This document shows positions 11,185-23,100 of a stretch of 64,000 nucleotides of DNA, piece by piece. Source of the stretch: an uncultured Mycoplasmatota bacterium. GTDB taxonomy: Bacteria > Bacillota_I > Bacilli_A > RF39 > UBA660. Under the pieces are notes generated by a model. The model ran no database searches. It was not told where the DNA came from and saw nothing but the letters and a program-made list of their open reading frames with translations. The stretch lies in contig CAOJEH010000003.1 in assembly GCA_948434005.1 (NCBI GenBank), positions 72,137 through 136,136 on the forward strand. Reading direction: 5' to 3'. Numbering within the stretch: position 1 is the first letter of the stretch; each line of letters begins with the position of its first letter. Both the position numbers and the translations under genes were made by a program.

Positions 11185-13347
11185 TTACTTTTTAGGTTTT
11201 ATTTGTTTTGGTAGAGCATCTTTTCTTGAAAAGTTTTGTCTTCCTTTTTTATCAGGGCCTAAAGCTTTTACTATAATCTCATCACCTAAAGATACAATAT
11301 CTTCTGTTTTATTTACTCTATCACGATCAAGTTGAGATATATGAACTAATCCTTCACAACCTGGCCATAGTTCTACAAAACAACCAAAATCTTCTATTTT
11401 AACTACTTTAGCTTCATATGTTTTTCCTATTTCTACTTCTCTTGTTATATCTTTAATCATTTCTGCGGTTTTATCAATTATTTCTTGATCAGTATGATAG
11501 ATAATAACTCTTCCGTCATCTTCTAAATCTACTTTAACTGCGTTTACATTATTAACCTCAGTTACATTTGAAGCTTCACATATAATCTTAGTAATCATTT
11601 CTCCACCGCGTCCAATAACATCTTTTATCTTTGCTGGGTCAATAGTAAATATCATAGTCTTTGGTGCATATTTAGAAACTTCCTTACGAGGTTCTTTAAT
11701 TTGTTTTTCAATAACTTTTAAGATTTCTAGTCTTGCTTTTTTAGCTTGTGCTAGAGCTTTTTTCAGGATATCTTCTGTAATACCTTTTATTTTTATATCC
11801 ATTTGCAAAGCACATATACCTTTTTTAGTACCTGCTACTTTGAAATCCATATCACCCAAATGATCTTCCATACCTTGAATATCTGTTAAAATTGTATAAT
11901 CATCTTCATTTGTAATTAATCCCATAGCAATTCCTGCGACTGGTGACTTTATAGGAACTCCTGCAGCCATTAATGACATACATCCTGCACAAATTGATGC
12001 TTGTGATGATGAACCATTTGATTCTAGTATTTCACTGACTACACGAATTGTATATGGAAATTCATCTTCATCTGGAATTACTTGTGCTAGAGCTTTTTCT
12101 CCTAGGGCCCCGTGTCCTATTTCACGTCTTCCTGGTGCTCCATATCTTCCTGTTTCTCCTACTGAAAATTGTGGGAAATTATAATGTAACATAAATCTTT
12201 TTTGATCTTCAAGACTTAGCCCATCTAATATTTGATGTTCTCCTAATGCCCCTAAAGTTGTTACTGATAAACTTTGAGTCTCACCTCTTGTAAATAAGGC
12301 AGAACCATGAGTTCTTGGAAGTAAATCTATATCTGTAGATAATGGTCTTATTTCATCCATCTTTCTTCCATCAGCACGTTTCTTTTCTTTTACAACAATA
12401 TTTCTAAATAATTTATACTCAATATCAGATAATACCATATTAACTTTTACTTCTAGTTCTTTTAATTCGTTATCTTTCATAGTATCTTGATTTTCAATAA
12501 TATATTTATCAACTATTTTTTCTTTTAATTCATCTATTGCAGCATACTTCTTTAGTTTATCCTTAATCCTTAAAGCTTTATCCATATCTTTTGTAGCAAG
12601 AGCCTCAATTTCTTCACGTAGTTCATGAGTTATTTCTAAAGTCTCATATTCCATTTTTTCTTCACCAATTTCATCGATGATTTTTTCTTCAAATGCAATT
12701 AACTTTTTTACAGCATCATGTCCAAACATTAAAGCTTTTAACATAGTAGCTTCATCTACTTCTTTAGCACTAGACTCAACCATATTTATAGCATCTTTAG
12801 TTCCTGCAACTGTTAAATCTATTGTAGATTTTTCTAACTCTTCTGGAGTTGGATTTACTATAAATTCTCCATCTATGCATCCAATTTTAACACCTGCAAT
12901 TGGACCATTAAATGGAATTTTACTAATAGATACAGCTAGACTTGACCCAAACATTGCAGTAAGTTCTGGAGAACAATCCTGATCAACTGATAAAACTGTA
13001 TTTATAATTTGTACTTCATTTTTAAAACCTTCAGGAAATAATGGTCTCATCGGTCTATCAATCATACGAGCAGCTAAAGTTGCATTATCGGTAGGTCTTC
13101 CTTCTCTTTTTATAAAACCACCAGGTATTTTACCAACTGAATACAATTTCTCTTGATAATTAACTGTTAGTGGAAAAAAGTCAGATAATAAGTTAACATT
13201 TTTATTAACTACTGTTGCTGTTAAAACTACTGTATCATTATATCTAACTAATACTGAACCAGTTGCTTGTTTAGCTAGTTCTCCATGTTCAACTATAATT
13301 TTTCTTCCATAAAAATCTAGTTCAAATTTTTGTTTTTTCTTCTTCAT
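11185..13347 (-). CDS. pnp: Polyribonucleotide nucleotidyltransferase
   Basis: [36 protein letters not shown] and S1 domains. Confidence 0.98.
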   Translation of the reverse strand: MKKKKQKFELDFYGRKIIVEHGELAKQATGSVLVRYNDTVVLTATVVNKNVNLLSDFFPLTVNYQEKLYSVGKIPGGFIKREGRPTDNATLAARMIDRPMRPLFPEGFKNEVQIINTVLSVDQDCSPELTAMFGSSLAVSISKIPFNGPIAGVKIGCIDGEFIVNPTPEELEKSTIDLTVAGTKDAINMVESSAKEVDEATMLKALMFGHDAVKKLIAFEEKIIDEIGEEKMEYETLEITHELREEIEALATKDMDKALRIKDKLKKYAAIDELKEKIVDKYIIENQDTMKDNELKELEVKVNMVLSDIEYKLFRNIVVKEKKRADGRKMDEIRPLSTDIDLLPRTHGSALFTRGETQSLSVTTLGALGEHQILDGLSLEDQKRFMLHYNFPQFSVGETGRYGAPGRREIGHGALGEKALAQVIPDEDEFPYTIRVVSEILESNGSSSQASICAGCMSLMAAGVPIKSPVAGIAMGLITNEDDYTILTDIQGMEDHLGDMDFKVAGTKKGICALQMDIKIKGITEDILKKALAQAKKARLEILKVIEKQIKEPRKEVSKYAPKTMIFTIDPAKIKDVIGRGGEMITKIICEASNVTEVNNVNAVKVDLEDDGRVIIYHTDQEIIDKTAEMIKDITREVEIGKTYEAKVVKIEDFGCFVELWPGCEGLVHISQLDRDRVNKTEDIVSLGDEIIVKALGPDKKGRQNFSRKDALPKQIKPKK

Positions 13348-13393
13348 ATTTTACTCCCTTTTCTAAAAAAAGAGACACTTATATTAATAGTGT

Positions 13394-13663
13394 CTACTTT
13401 CTTAAACCTAATTTTTTAATAATTTCACGATATCTAGTAACATCTTTTTTAGCAAGATATCCTAACATACTACGACGTTGTCCAACCTTTTTTAAAAGTC
13501 CACGTCTTGAATGATAATCATGAATATGTACCTTTAAATGTTCTGTTAGTTCTTTTATTTCTTCTGTTAGAATAGCTATCTGAACTTCTGCAGAACCAGT
13601 ATCATTTTTATCTCTAGCAAATTCTTTTACTATAGATGCCTTTTGTCCTTTTGTTAATGCCAT
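13394..13663 (-). CDS. rpsO: 30S ribosomal protein S15
   Basis: [27 protein letters not shown]. Confidence 0.98.
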   Translation of the reverse strand: MALTKGQKASIVKEFARDKNDTGSAEVQIAILTEEIKELTEHLKVHIHDYHSRRGLLKKVGQRRSMLGYLAKKDVTRYREIIKKLGLRK

Positions 13664-13669
13664 ATTAAC

Positions 13670-13742
13670 ACTTCCTTTCTTTTAATTCACCAAATTCTAA
13701 GTAAAAAGCCGGAAACTCTTTAAACTGAGAATCAGTAAGCAT
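13670..13742 (-). ncRNA. Putative S15 autoregulatory 5' leader RNA
   Basis: About 75-nt leader after TTGACT-17-TATATT; UUACUGAUUCU can pair with AGAAUUUGGUGAA around an inner AAAGAG/CUUUUU stem next to the RBS; S15 leaders are established in Firmicutes. Confidence 0.55.
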
Positions 13743-13788
13743 ATATAATATACTAAATATTTATTAATTAGTCAAGTATCTTATATAT

Positions 13789-15819
13789 TTATTGTTCTTT
13801 ACCACAATGTGAGCAATATCTTTTAGGTGGTTTTAATTTAGAACCACAATATATACAAAAGTTATTATTATTATCATCTAAAACACTATTATTTAGTTTA
13901 TTTTCTTCAATTTCTTTATTACTCATATTCATTTCATCGTTTCTCTTATTCTTCTTCAATTCTAATTTGGTAACTAAAACAATTATTGCTATCCCTCCAA
14001 TAAATAAATATAACCAAAATGGAATATTAGACCAAAAATTTCTTAATTGATAAATTATTGTAATTATTAGAGTTATAATAGAAAAATTATATAATCCTTT
14101 AAACTCTTTTCTATTATTAAAATATATAATTGCTAGTACTAATAAAGAACCCATTACTATTACAGATAATAAATCATCAAAGAATAAGTTTATAATTGCT
14201 AAAACAAATAATATAGTTACTTTAGCTACTTTATCTTTTATTTCTATTACCCTATCAAATATATATACTAATAAAGCTAGATATAATGAAGTAAATATAG
14301 AGAAATATTCAGAAAATTCAGATATATCAAATAATGGTATTAATACCGCTACAAGTGATATTTTTAAAGATAGTTTTTTATCATCTAATTTAATATATGA
14401 CAATATAAGTATAAGTAGTATTGTTATAATATTTATAATTATAGATTGATTAAAAATATGCATAGAAGAAAGAATTATAAAAATATAAAATATATAATTG
14501 AAAATATTAAAGTTTAACAAATCTTTTTTATTAATAATCATAAAAGATAAACATGCTAATACTAATGATAGTATAATAGATAGTGAAGTTAAAATATCAT
14601 TTGGTTTTATATATGTACTTAATATAAATGATACTATTACACCTATAATATAATATGTAATTTTATTTAATTTATCATTAGATATATAACTAAGAACTAA
14701 ATTTATAAATAAAGTAGCTATTAAAAATATATGAACATCTATAATAGGATTATTATAACTTATAAACTTATATAATGAACTTATAAATAATACTACTTTA
14801 TAAGGTTCTAAATATTTTTCTATCTTATTAGAATTAGATATTTTATTCTCTATATTAATAAGTAGAAGTAATCCTGTTGCTATTAAAAAACCCAAACTAT
14901 TAATATAATATAGAACAATACAACAAACAAAACCATATATATTATTTTGAATATACATAGAGTTAACTAAGTTTTTATTTTTACTAAATATCATTTTATA
15001 AATAATTGTAAATATAAAGTTTATTATTACATAAAGTAAGAAACTTTTTTCCATATTTATTGTATATAAATATACATTTTTAGTTATAAAAACAAAGGTT
15101 ATAAATGGTATTATAAAGTCAAAAAATGTTATATTTTTTTCTACTTTATAAGATAATAAAAATAGACTTATTATCGATAATATACTAAATATTAGTGATT
15201 CTATATTATATATTTTTATAGGCATAATCATATATATAGTTATTATAATATATTGTAAAAACTTATTATTTATCTTAAGAGTTTTAATATAGTTATTATT
15301 AGTATTAATAAAGTTAATTACTAACATAATAATATTTATTATTATAAGTGAATATATTAAATTTACTTTAAAGAAAGATAGTATCAGTGCCAATGATAAA
15401 TAGAAGGTATTATATGATAAATAAAGAAAAATAGGTTTATTTATTTTTTTATATGAAATTATAAATAATAAACCAAGTACTAAAAAAATATTTGATATAA
15501 ATAATTTATAACCATCACCAAAGAAGGAGTACCAATTACCTAATAATTTAAAATAGCCTAAACTTATATATGCAAAATATAAAAATATTACTGATAAGAA
15601 CCAATATACTAATGAACTTATTTTAAGATTTAATTTTTTATTAGTAAATATTGATAAAAATAAAAATATGATTCCAAATACTATTAAAGATAATACTTTA
15701 AATATTCCAGTAATAGAATGCCATGTTGTAGTTGAAAAGATAATACCTGAAAGAAGTATCATAAATACTCCTAATATAATAAGGTTTCCTATTTTCTTAT
15801 TTTCAGAATTATTATTCAT
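13789..15819 (-). CDS. Large multi-pass membrane protein with C-terminal zinc ribbon
   Basis: About 20 hydrophobic segments; C-terminal CIYCG...CSHCG; extremely AT-rich. Confidence 0.7.
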   Translation of the reverse strand: MNNNSENKKIGNLIILGVFMILLSGIIFSTTTWHSITGIFKVLSLIVFGIIFLFLSIFTNKKLNLKISSLVYWFLSVIFLYFAYISLGYFKLLGNWYSFFGDGYKLFISNIFLVLGLLFIISYKKINKPIFLYLSYNTFYLSLALILSFFKVNLIYSLIIINIIMLVINFINTNNNYIKTLKINNKFLQYIIITIYMIMPIKIYNIESLIFSILSIISLFLLSYKVEKNITFFDFIIPFITFVFITKNVYLYTINMEKSFLLYVIINFIFTIIYKMIFSKNKNLVNSMYIQNNIYGFVCCIVLYYINSLGFLIATGLLLLINIENKISNSNKIEKYLEPYKVVLFISSLYKFISYNNPIIDVHIFLIATLFINLVLSYISNDKLNKITYYIIGVIVSFILSTYIKPNDILTSLSIILSLVLACLSFMIINKKDLLNFNIFNYIFYIFIILSSMHIFNQSIIINIITILLILILSYIKLDDKKLSLKISLVAVLIPLFDISEFSEYFSIFTSLYLALLVYIFDRVIEIKDKVAKVTILFVLAIINLFFDDLLSVIVMGSLLVLAIIYFNNRKEFKGLYNFSIITLIITIIYQLRNFWSNIPFWLYLFIGGIAIIVLVTKLELKKNKRNDEMNMSNKEIEENKLNNSVLDDNNNNFCIYCGSKLKPPKRYCSHCGKEQ

Positions 15820-15944
15820 AAAAACACCTCTAACTATACTCTACTTTAAGTTTATTAAAAAAAAGTTTAAATATCAAGAAAAAAGACATCTAATTATATA
15901 TTTAGTGTCTTTATTGTCAATTATATATAATAACTTAATAACAT

Positions 15945-17816
15945 TTACTTTTTTGGTAAGAGTGATACTTTTACTTTAAATCCTGTATCCTTATTTTTGA
16001 AAACCATTTGTTTTTGTTTACCTAATTCACTCTCAAAAGTATGATGATCAGGAATTTCTATAGATAAATTACCATTGTCAATTTCTTCTAACACACCTGG
16101 TAAAGTCTCTAACATTTTGTATTGGTCATTGGTATCACTATCTATAAAATAATCAGATGTAACGAAATTATATAGAATCTTACTATTTTATTTGGTCTGG
16201 CAATTTACTAATTGATCAACAATTTGTCCTGCTACAGCTATGCCGTATTGGTCATCATAAAAGCTTGCAAATTTAAATATATATTTTAGGCGTTTATATT
16301 TTTTATTTTTTCCTAGTTCTTCTAATACTTTATTCTTATATGATGAAGAACTGTCTCTAAATTTCATTTTTCTAGAAAAATCTTCTAGACTATTTTTTTC
16401 GAAAAATTTACTATGTGCATCTAAGTACTTTATTTTATCCTCAGGATTTAATTCCTTAATTTCGGTATCTAATGAGTTTAAACATGAATCACATACATTT
16501 ACTGATACAGAGTGATCTTTTATTTGACTTTTAATTCTATTTAAAACTTCTAACTTAGCATCTAAGACAGCTTCATCTTTCCCTGTTAAAACAAATTTAA
16601 ATATACTGCTAAAATAGTCCTCAGAAATGTTTAATAGAAATGCATTACTACCACTACTATCATATGGAGAAAATAAATAATATACTGTCTTTTTGTAAAA
16701 AAGTTCATTTTTTAAATCAGTTAATTTATCTAATATAAGACATTTTTGATTTTTTCTTAATGACAAAAATACTTGATTTTTAACTAGGGCTCTAGCTTGT
16801 GATCTTCTTTTAATTGCAACCATATTAAGACAATTAGCATATTCTATACAAGTATTCAAATCGATATCATTAATATGTGAAATAAAATATTTTATATCAT
16901 CATTATTAATTGGATCTTCGCAATCTTTTAAGTATTCAAAAAGATATGCTGGTAGAACTTTGATTTTTTGAGCTAATGATTCATTGTATTTTCCATCATT
17001 CATTAGAATTTTCTCTGCTAGATAAGCTCCGATAGGTACACTTCCTGCTACAGACTTATCCAATATGAAGTTTAAAACTTTAGAAAAATCGCACTCTGTT
17101 ATATTTAATTTATTGATAAAAGTTTTAGACTTAATTATATAATCTAATAATGCAGTGATTTCCTCTTTATCCATAGGTAGAATCCTTCGATCGTAATATA
17201 GAATTACACGTAAGTCACAATTAGACATATTAAGTATATTATCAAGTTCCCTATCAGATTCTATCGCTACATCTTTACAACTTAATTTATTAAGTATATC
17301 CATCTTTTCATTAAGATTTTTTATAGTTTTTCTTCTTTCTTCCTCTTGATTTGGATATGAAGCAGATATTGTTTCAAGATATCTATTCATAAAAAGTGTA
17401 TATGTAATTCTATTATGCTTTTTATTTAATGCATATAACTTATCAAAATCTGGATATATATTGGAGTGTTCAGTTTCTCCTAAAGAAAATAATTCATCTA
17501 AATTTAATAGCGGATGGTTAGTTTCTCTTGCTGAAATTATAAGATTTATTTTATCTCTAAAAATATACTTAACACAGCTCAAGTCATAATCATTTTCTAA
17601 AGTCTTAACTAAAAACTTTTTTTATATTGTAGATAATTTATTTTTCTTAATAAGTTCATATAGTTGTCTTAATACATAACAATCTTCTTCTTCTTCTTCT
17701 ACTACATCGTCTATTATATCATCATCTATTTTTTCCTTATAACTAATAGGTGTATCAGTTATAGTTGAATAATAATCTTCTAAAAACTTTTTTAATTTTC
17801 TTTTTTCCATAAACAT
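15945..17816 (-). pseudogene. About 620-codon orphan helical protein broken by two in-frame TAA stops
   Basis: ORFs 17622..17816, 16188..17582 and an unlisted 80-codon tail to 15945 share one frame (STI*KKFLVK; CQTK*NSKILY...VSLLPKK). Confidence 0.8.
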
Positions 17817-17888
17817 AATATGTCCTCTTTTCTTTTTTGCATTTTATTATAACATATATAATTAATATAAATCAATATTAACCTACTT

Positions 17889-18755
17889 TTAATTATTATT
17901 AATCATTTTATATATTCTAAGTTTATTATTAATGTTTTGATATATTGCTACTAGATTATTATTTTTATCCATCATTAATACTTTATCATCAATATTATAA
18001 GTATTATCTATTACTACACCATTAGATATTTTTTTAAATAATTTATCATCCATAACTATTTTAGGATATTTTAATACATCACTTATTTGTAATATTTTAA
18101 ACTTATTATCTTCTATATCCTTTAATGTATATGCATAATCTATAGAGAAATTACCTTGTTTAGTTCTAATTAAGCTACTCATTACAAAGTATTCATTAAT
18201 ACTTTCTCCCATATCTCTAATTAAACTTCTAATATAAGTTCCTTTAGAAACAAGGCATCTAAATTTAAATGATTTTTTATTACTTTCTAATAGTTCTATT
18301 TCCTTTATAGTAACTTCTTTTTTAGGAAGTTCTATATTAATACCTTCTCTAGCATATTCATAGAGTTTTTTTCCTTTAACTTTTACTGCAGAATATATTG
18401 GTACTTCTTGCAGATATGTTTTCTTAAAACTATTAATAATACTATTATAATCTATATTATTACATGGAGTTTTTTCTTTTATAATTTTACCTGTTGTATC
18501 TAGCGTATCAGTAATATATCCTATATTTACACTTGCAACATACTCTTTTTCATATGAAGTTAATAATTCTCCTATTTTTGTAGCTCTTCCTATAGTTAAG
18601 ACTAGGACTCCTTCTGCCATAGGATCAAGGGTTCCAGTATGCCCTATCTTTTTTATACCTAAAATTTTACTTACTTTATTTACAACGTCGCGGGATGTCA
18701 TACCTTTTTCTTTATTTACTATTAAAATACCCGAATAGTTTTTTAAATTATCCAT
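17889..18755 (-). CDS. truB: tRNA pseudouridine(55) synthase
   Basis: GHTGTLDP, YSAVKVKGKKLYEYAR, SKGTYIRSL. Confidence 0.97.
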   Translation of the reverse strand: MDNLKNYSGILIVNKEKGMTSRDVVNKVSKILGIKKIGHTGTLDPMAEGVLVLTIGRATKIGELLTSYEKEYVASVNIGYITDTLDTTGKIIKEKTPCNNIDYNSIINSFKKTYLQEVPIYSAVKVKGKKLYEYAREGINIELPKKEVTIKEIELLESNKKSFKFRCLVSKGTYIRSLIRDMGESINEYFVMSSLIRTKQGNFSIDYAYTLKDIEDNKFKILQISDVLKYPKIVMDDKLFKKISNGVVIDNTYNIDDKVLMMDKNNNLVAIYQNINNKLRIYKMINNN

Positions 18756-18822
18756 AAAAATCTCCTATTACCGTTCATTTTTTATATTATATCACTTATT
18801 CTATTAAAAATAATAATATATT

Positions 18823-19704
18823 CTATACAATTTTATTAATCTTATTAATTAACAAGTTGCAAACTTCTTCATCACCTATTAAATTAATTGAAAAGGTCTT
18901 ATATCCAATTCTGTTTATACTTGTTCCACAATGATAAACTTGTTTCTTATCGATTATGAAATATCTATCATGAAATTTATTGTCATATATAACCTTTAAA
19001 TTATGATACTGTTTGTTATACTTTTCTATATCTTGGCATGTCAAAAGATTATCTTTCTTAGTTATAATTATTACTTCAACATTTAATCTTTTTACAATAT
19101 CTAATATTGTATTATCTGCATAGATATCTATTATTATTAATGAGTTGATTGCTAGGCTAAATATTTCTTGTATTTTAGAATAAGCATCATATATTTGACC
19201 ATTAAAATATATTTCATTAACCTTTCGTTTTTCCTCTAATTTTTGGAATGAAGTTTCCAATGCTTTTATTTTAGTATGATCTTCCAACACTATATTATTA
19301 ATATATTTTTGTTCTATAAGATTAGATGAAATATAATGTCTCATCATAACAAATGCTCTTATAATCTTTTTGCTCATGTTTATGGCTATAGTACTATGTA
19401 ATACACTAGCTAATGTTGTAACTCCCATTTCAGTGAACACGTAAGGCAATGTTCTTCTACCTCCATAACTTCTTGAATTTGAGGTGCCAGTTTGGCACTT
19501 CAAGTTTTGATATTCTATAGTAGTTAATTGAAACATAAAATCTTCATCAAATCTTTCAATATTTCTTTTAACCTGCCGATTAAGTTGTTTGGTTTCAACT
19601 TCATACAATCGTGCTAAATCAGAGTCTAACATAACTGGATTTCCACGGATTTCATAAATTAAATTTTCAATAACAACTTTATCCTTTATTTTTACTTTGC
19701 TCAT
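18823..19704 (-). CDS. ORF6N (KilA-N-like) DNA-binding protein with C-terminal HDR-type PLD-like domain
   Basis: IYEIRG.PVMLDSDLARLY, GGRRTLPYVFTE.GV, FHDRYFIID. Confidence 0.85.
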   Translation of the reverse strand: MSKVKIKDKVVIENLIYEIRGNPVMLDSDLARLYEVETKQLNRQVKRNIERFDEDFMFQLTTIEYQNLKCQTGTSNSRSYGGRRTLPYVFTEMGVTTLASVLHSTIAINMSKKIIRAFVMMRHYISSNLIEQKYINNIVLEDHTKIKALETSFQKLEEKRKVNEIYFNGQIYDAYSKIQEIFSLAINSLIIIDIYADNTILDIVKRLNVEVIIITKKDNLLTCQDIEKYNKQYHNLKVIYDNKFHDRYFIIDKKQVYHCGTSINRIGYKTFSINLIGDEEVCNLLINKINKIV

Positions 19705-19841
19705 AACTTTCCTCCTTACTTTTTAATTAATATATTTTTTAATCAAAGAGTTAGATTTTAATATGCATATTCCTTATATCAAATGTTTGTTTCAGTTACA
19801 ATAGAATAGTGTAAATTACCAAAAATTAACAAAAAAAGAAG

Positions 19842-20114
19842 CTAATCTAGCTTCTCAAATCTATATTTCTGCTCTACATCTGGATACTTTTCATGATCTA
19901 CTTCTGAAAAGAACATATCAATAGGTCTAGCACAACAATGAGATGTATTTCCAACTTCATGATATACTACTAATTCTTCCCAAGTTTCAGAATGATTAGC
20001 ATGTGATAGGATTTTATATTCTTTACCTTTAAAATGTCTAAATACTGTAGCATTATCACTATCCTCTAATATTGTTGTATACTCTACTTTTCTTCCATTC
20101 TTATTATACTCCAT
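19842..20114 (-). CDS. DUF1653 domain protein
   Basis: FRHFKGKEY, ARPIDMFFSEVDHEKYP...YRFE. Confidence 0.85.
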   Translation of the reverse strand: MEYNKNGRKVEYTTILEDSDNATVFRHFKGKEYKILSHANHSETWEELVVYHEVGNTSHCCARPIDMFFSEVDHEKYPDVEQKYRFEKLD

Positions 20115-20126
20115 AATAACTCCTTT

Positions 20127-23100
20127 CTAAAACAATGATAATTGGTTTGATTCTGGTAAATCTTTTAATATTCCCATTTCTTCCATCTTATCAAGTAATG
20201 TTTTTGAAACCTTTCCTCTAGTTTGAACGTCTTCCATACTAAGGAATGGTTTATTTTTTCGTTCTTCTACTATCTTATTTGCAACTGTATCACCAAGACC
20301 ATCTATAGAATTAAATGGTGGATATATTTCATTATCGCTGTTTACTAACCATGTAGTTGCTTCACTTTTATATAAATCTACATTTAAAAATTTTATTCCT
20401 CTTGCTGCTGCTTCTAATGCAATTTTTAAACTTTCTAATTGTCCATTTTCTTTATTAGTAGCTTCATATCCTTTAGCTTGTATATCTAGGATTTTTTCTC
20501 TTATGGAGTCATATCCTTTTATCATCGACTCTACATCTACATCAGTTGCTTTTGATGAATACCAAGATGCATAAAAATATACTGGCATATGTACTTTATA
20601 CCATGCAATTCTAAAGGCTGAAATAACATAAGCTGCTGCATGGGCTTTTGGGAACATATACTTTATTTTTGCACATGAGTTTATAAACCACTCTGGTATT
20701 TTCGCATCTTCCATAGTTTTTACATGACCTTTCCATGTTTCAGGATCTTTTGATGCTTTTCCTTTTCTAACAAATTCCATTATTTTGAAAGCTTTAATTG
20801 GCTCAACATCATGATACATTAAATATACCATTATATCGTCACGACAGCCAATAGTTTCCGAAAATGGAACGACATTGTTTTGAATTAATTCTTGAGCATT
20901 TCCTAACCATACATCAGTACCATGTGATAGCCCAGATATCTTTACAAGTTCAGCGAAAGTTGTTGGTTTTGTATCTTCTACTAATTTTATTGTAAATGGA
21001 GTTCCAAACTCTGGGATTCCAAGAGTTCCTGTATTACACATTATTTGTTCTTTTGTTACACCTAGTGCTTTAGTTGATGTAAATATACTCATTGTATCTT
21101 TATCATCAAGAGGTACTTTCATTATATCTGTATTTGATTGCATTTGAATTAGTCTAAGTTGTGTTGGATCAGAATGACCAAGAATATCTAGTTTTAATAC
21201 ATCTTGATCAATTGCATGGTAATCAAAGTGAGTTGTTCTCCATTCTGCATTTATATCTTCTGCTGGAAATTGGAATGGTGAAAAGTCATATACATCCATA
21301 TAATCTGGTATAACTACAATACCTCCTGGATGTTGACCCGTTGTTCTTTTTACTCCAGTACATCCCATTGCAAGTCTTTCTATTTCAGCCGTTCTTATAT
21401 CTTCAATTCCATTATCTTCTAAATATCCTTTTACAAAGCCATAAGCTGTTTTTTCTGCTACTGTACCAATAGTTCCAGCACGATAAACATTATCTTCACC
21501 AAATAATACTTTAGTATAAGCATGAGCACTGGCTTGATTCAGGTCTGAAAAGTTAAGATCAATATCAGGAACCTTATCTGCATTAAATCCTAAGAATGTA
21601 GCAAACGGCATATCTTGCCCATCTTTAATAAGTGGAATATTACAATTAGGACATACTTTATCAGGAAGATCAAATCCCGATGAATAGTTAGCACCTAATG
21701 ATTTTCCTTCATCATCGTTAAAGATGCTAGTTTTACACTTTGAACATCTATAATGTGCAGGAAGTGGATTAACTTCTGTAATTCCCATCATTGTGGCAAC
21801 GAAACTTGAACCTACTGATCCACGGGATCCAACTAAATATCCTTCGTCATTAGAATGTTTAACTAATCTCTGAGAAATTAAATATATTGGATCAAATCCT
21901 CCACCTATAATACCACCTAATGATTTATTTAACTCTTTATCTAATTCTTCATCACTTAATTTTTCTTCAGATTTCTCTTTTATATGTTCTCTTACTAATT
22001 CTTTTACCGCATCAAATCCATCTGTAATAACACTATGTAATTGTTTAAATGTTTCCTTTTCCATATCATCATCAGATAACTCTTTACTACTAAGTTCTTC
22101 CTTAATAGTTTTTAAAACAATATCTCCATATAATTCAGTTGCAATTCTTTCTTCAATATAATGGGGCAAAGTTTCTCCATACCAGTCTTTCGCTTTTGTA
22201 TAAACTAAGTCAGTTACAACTCTAGGACAATCTAAATAACTTTTTCCATCATCACTTTTTACTCTTGGAGAAAATGGAATACCACCTGTATCAATAATAA
22301 CCTCTATTATTTCAACCATATCAGCAATTTTATTTGGATTATCTATTACAATTCGTTTTATTAATTCTTCGTCTTTTAAGAATTTAAAATCTTCTAACAT
22401 TTCATCTGTTGTTCTAAAATGATTTGAAGGAATCTCTTTTATATTTTTTCTTGCTAGTGGGTGTCTTCCTCCACCAGGAACTTTTTGATTAACAATAATT
22501 TCTCTATAAATCTTATCATCTCTTTTTATATGATGAACATCACCTGTTGCGACAATAAATTTTCCAGCTTCTTCAGTTACTCTAATAATCTTTTCAAGAT
22601 GCGCTCCAACTTCTACTTTATTTCCAAAATCACCACTTTGTATTAAATGATCATAGCATTCTATAGGTTGAACCTCTACATAATCATAAAATCTTATAAT
22701 ATTAGAAAGTTCATCTTCACTTTTACTTCTAGCTTCTACAAAAACTTCACTTTCATAGCATCCACTACCTATTAGAAGTCCTTCTCTATTTTTATTTATC
22801 TCACTACGTAATATACGTGGAGTTTTATATAAATAAGTTGTATTAGCTAGAGAAATTAATTTAAATAAATTTTTTAATCCTACTTTATTTTTTACTAAAA
22901 TATTAACATGATAACTACGTCCATACTTATGAATTTCATCACGAGATACCAATTCATCTAATTGATTCATATTTTCTATATGTCTATTATCTAATTTCTC
23001 TAGCATTTTATGAAATACTAAAGCAGTTCCTTCAGCATCATAATCTCCTCTATGATGGGCTTCTTCATCCCAAGGTACATTATATCTTTTTACTAATGCA

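Noticed and set aside
13789..15819. Extremely AT-rich stretch as a foreign island
   Set aside because: Explained by the Ile/Phe/Leu/Asn-rich codons of a multi-pass membrane protein in an AT-rich genome.
8465..17624. Stop-codon reassignment or readthrough suggested by in-frame TAG/TAA
   Set aside because: Core genes end normally in TAA/TAG (rpsO and polC TAG, pnp TAA), TGA is also used as a stop, and one of the affected genes also has a frameshift; pseudogenisation is simpler.
21890..22140. Intein in PolC
   Set aside because: Too short, no N-terminal Cys/Ser with C-terminal His-Asn, and no endonuclease motif.
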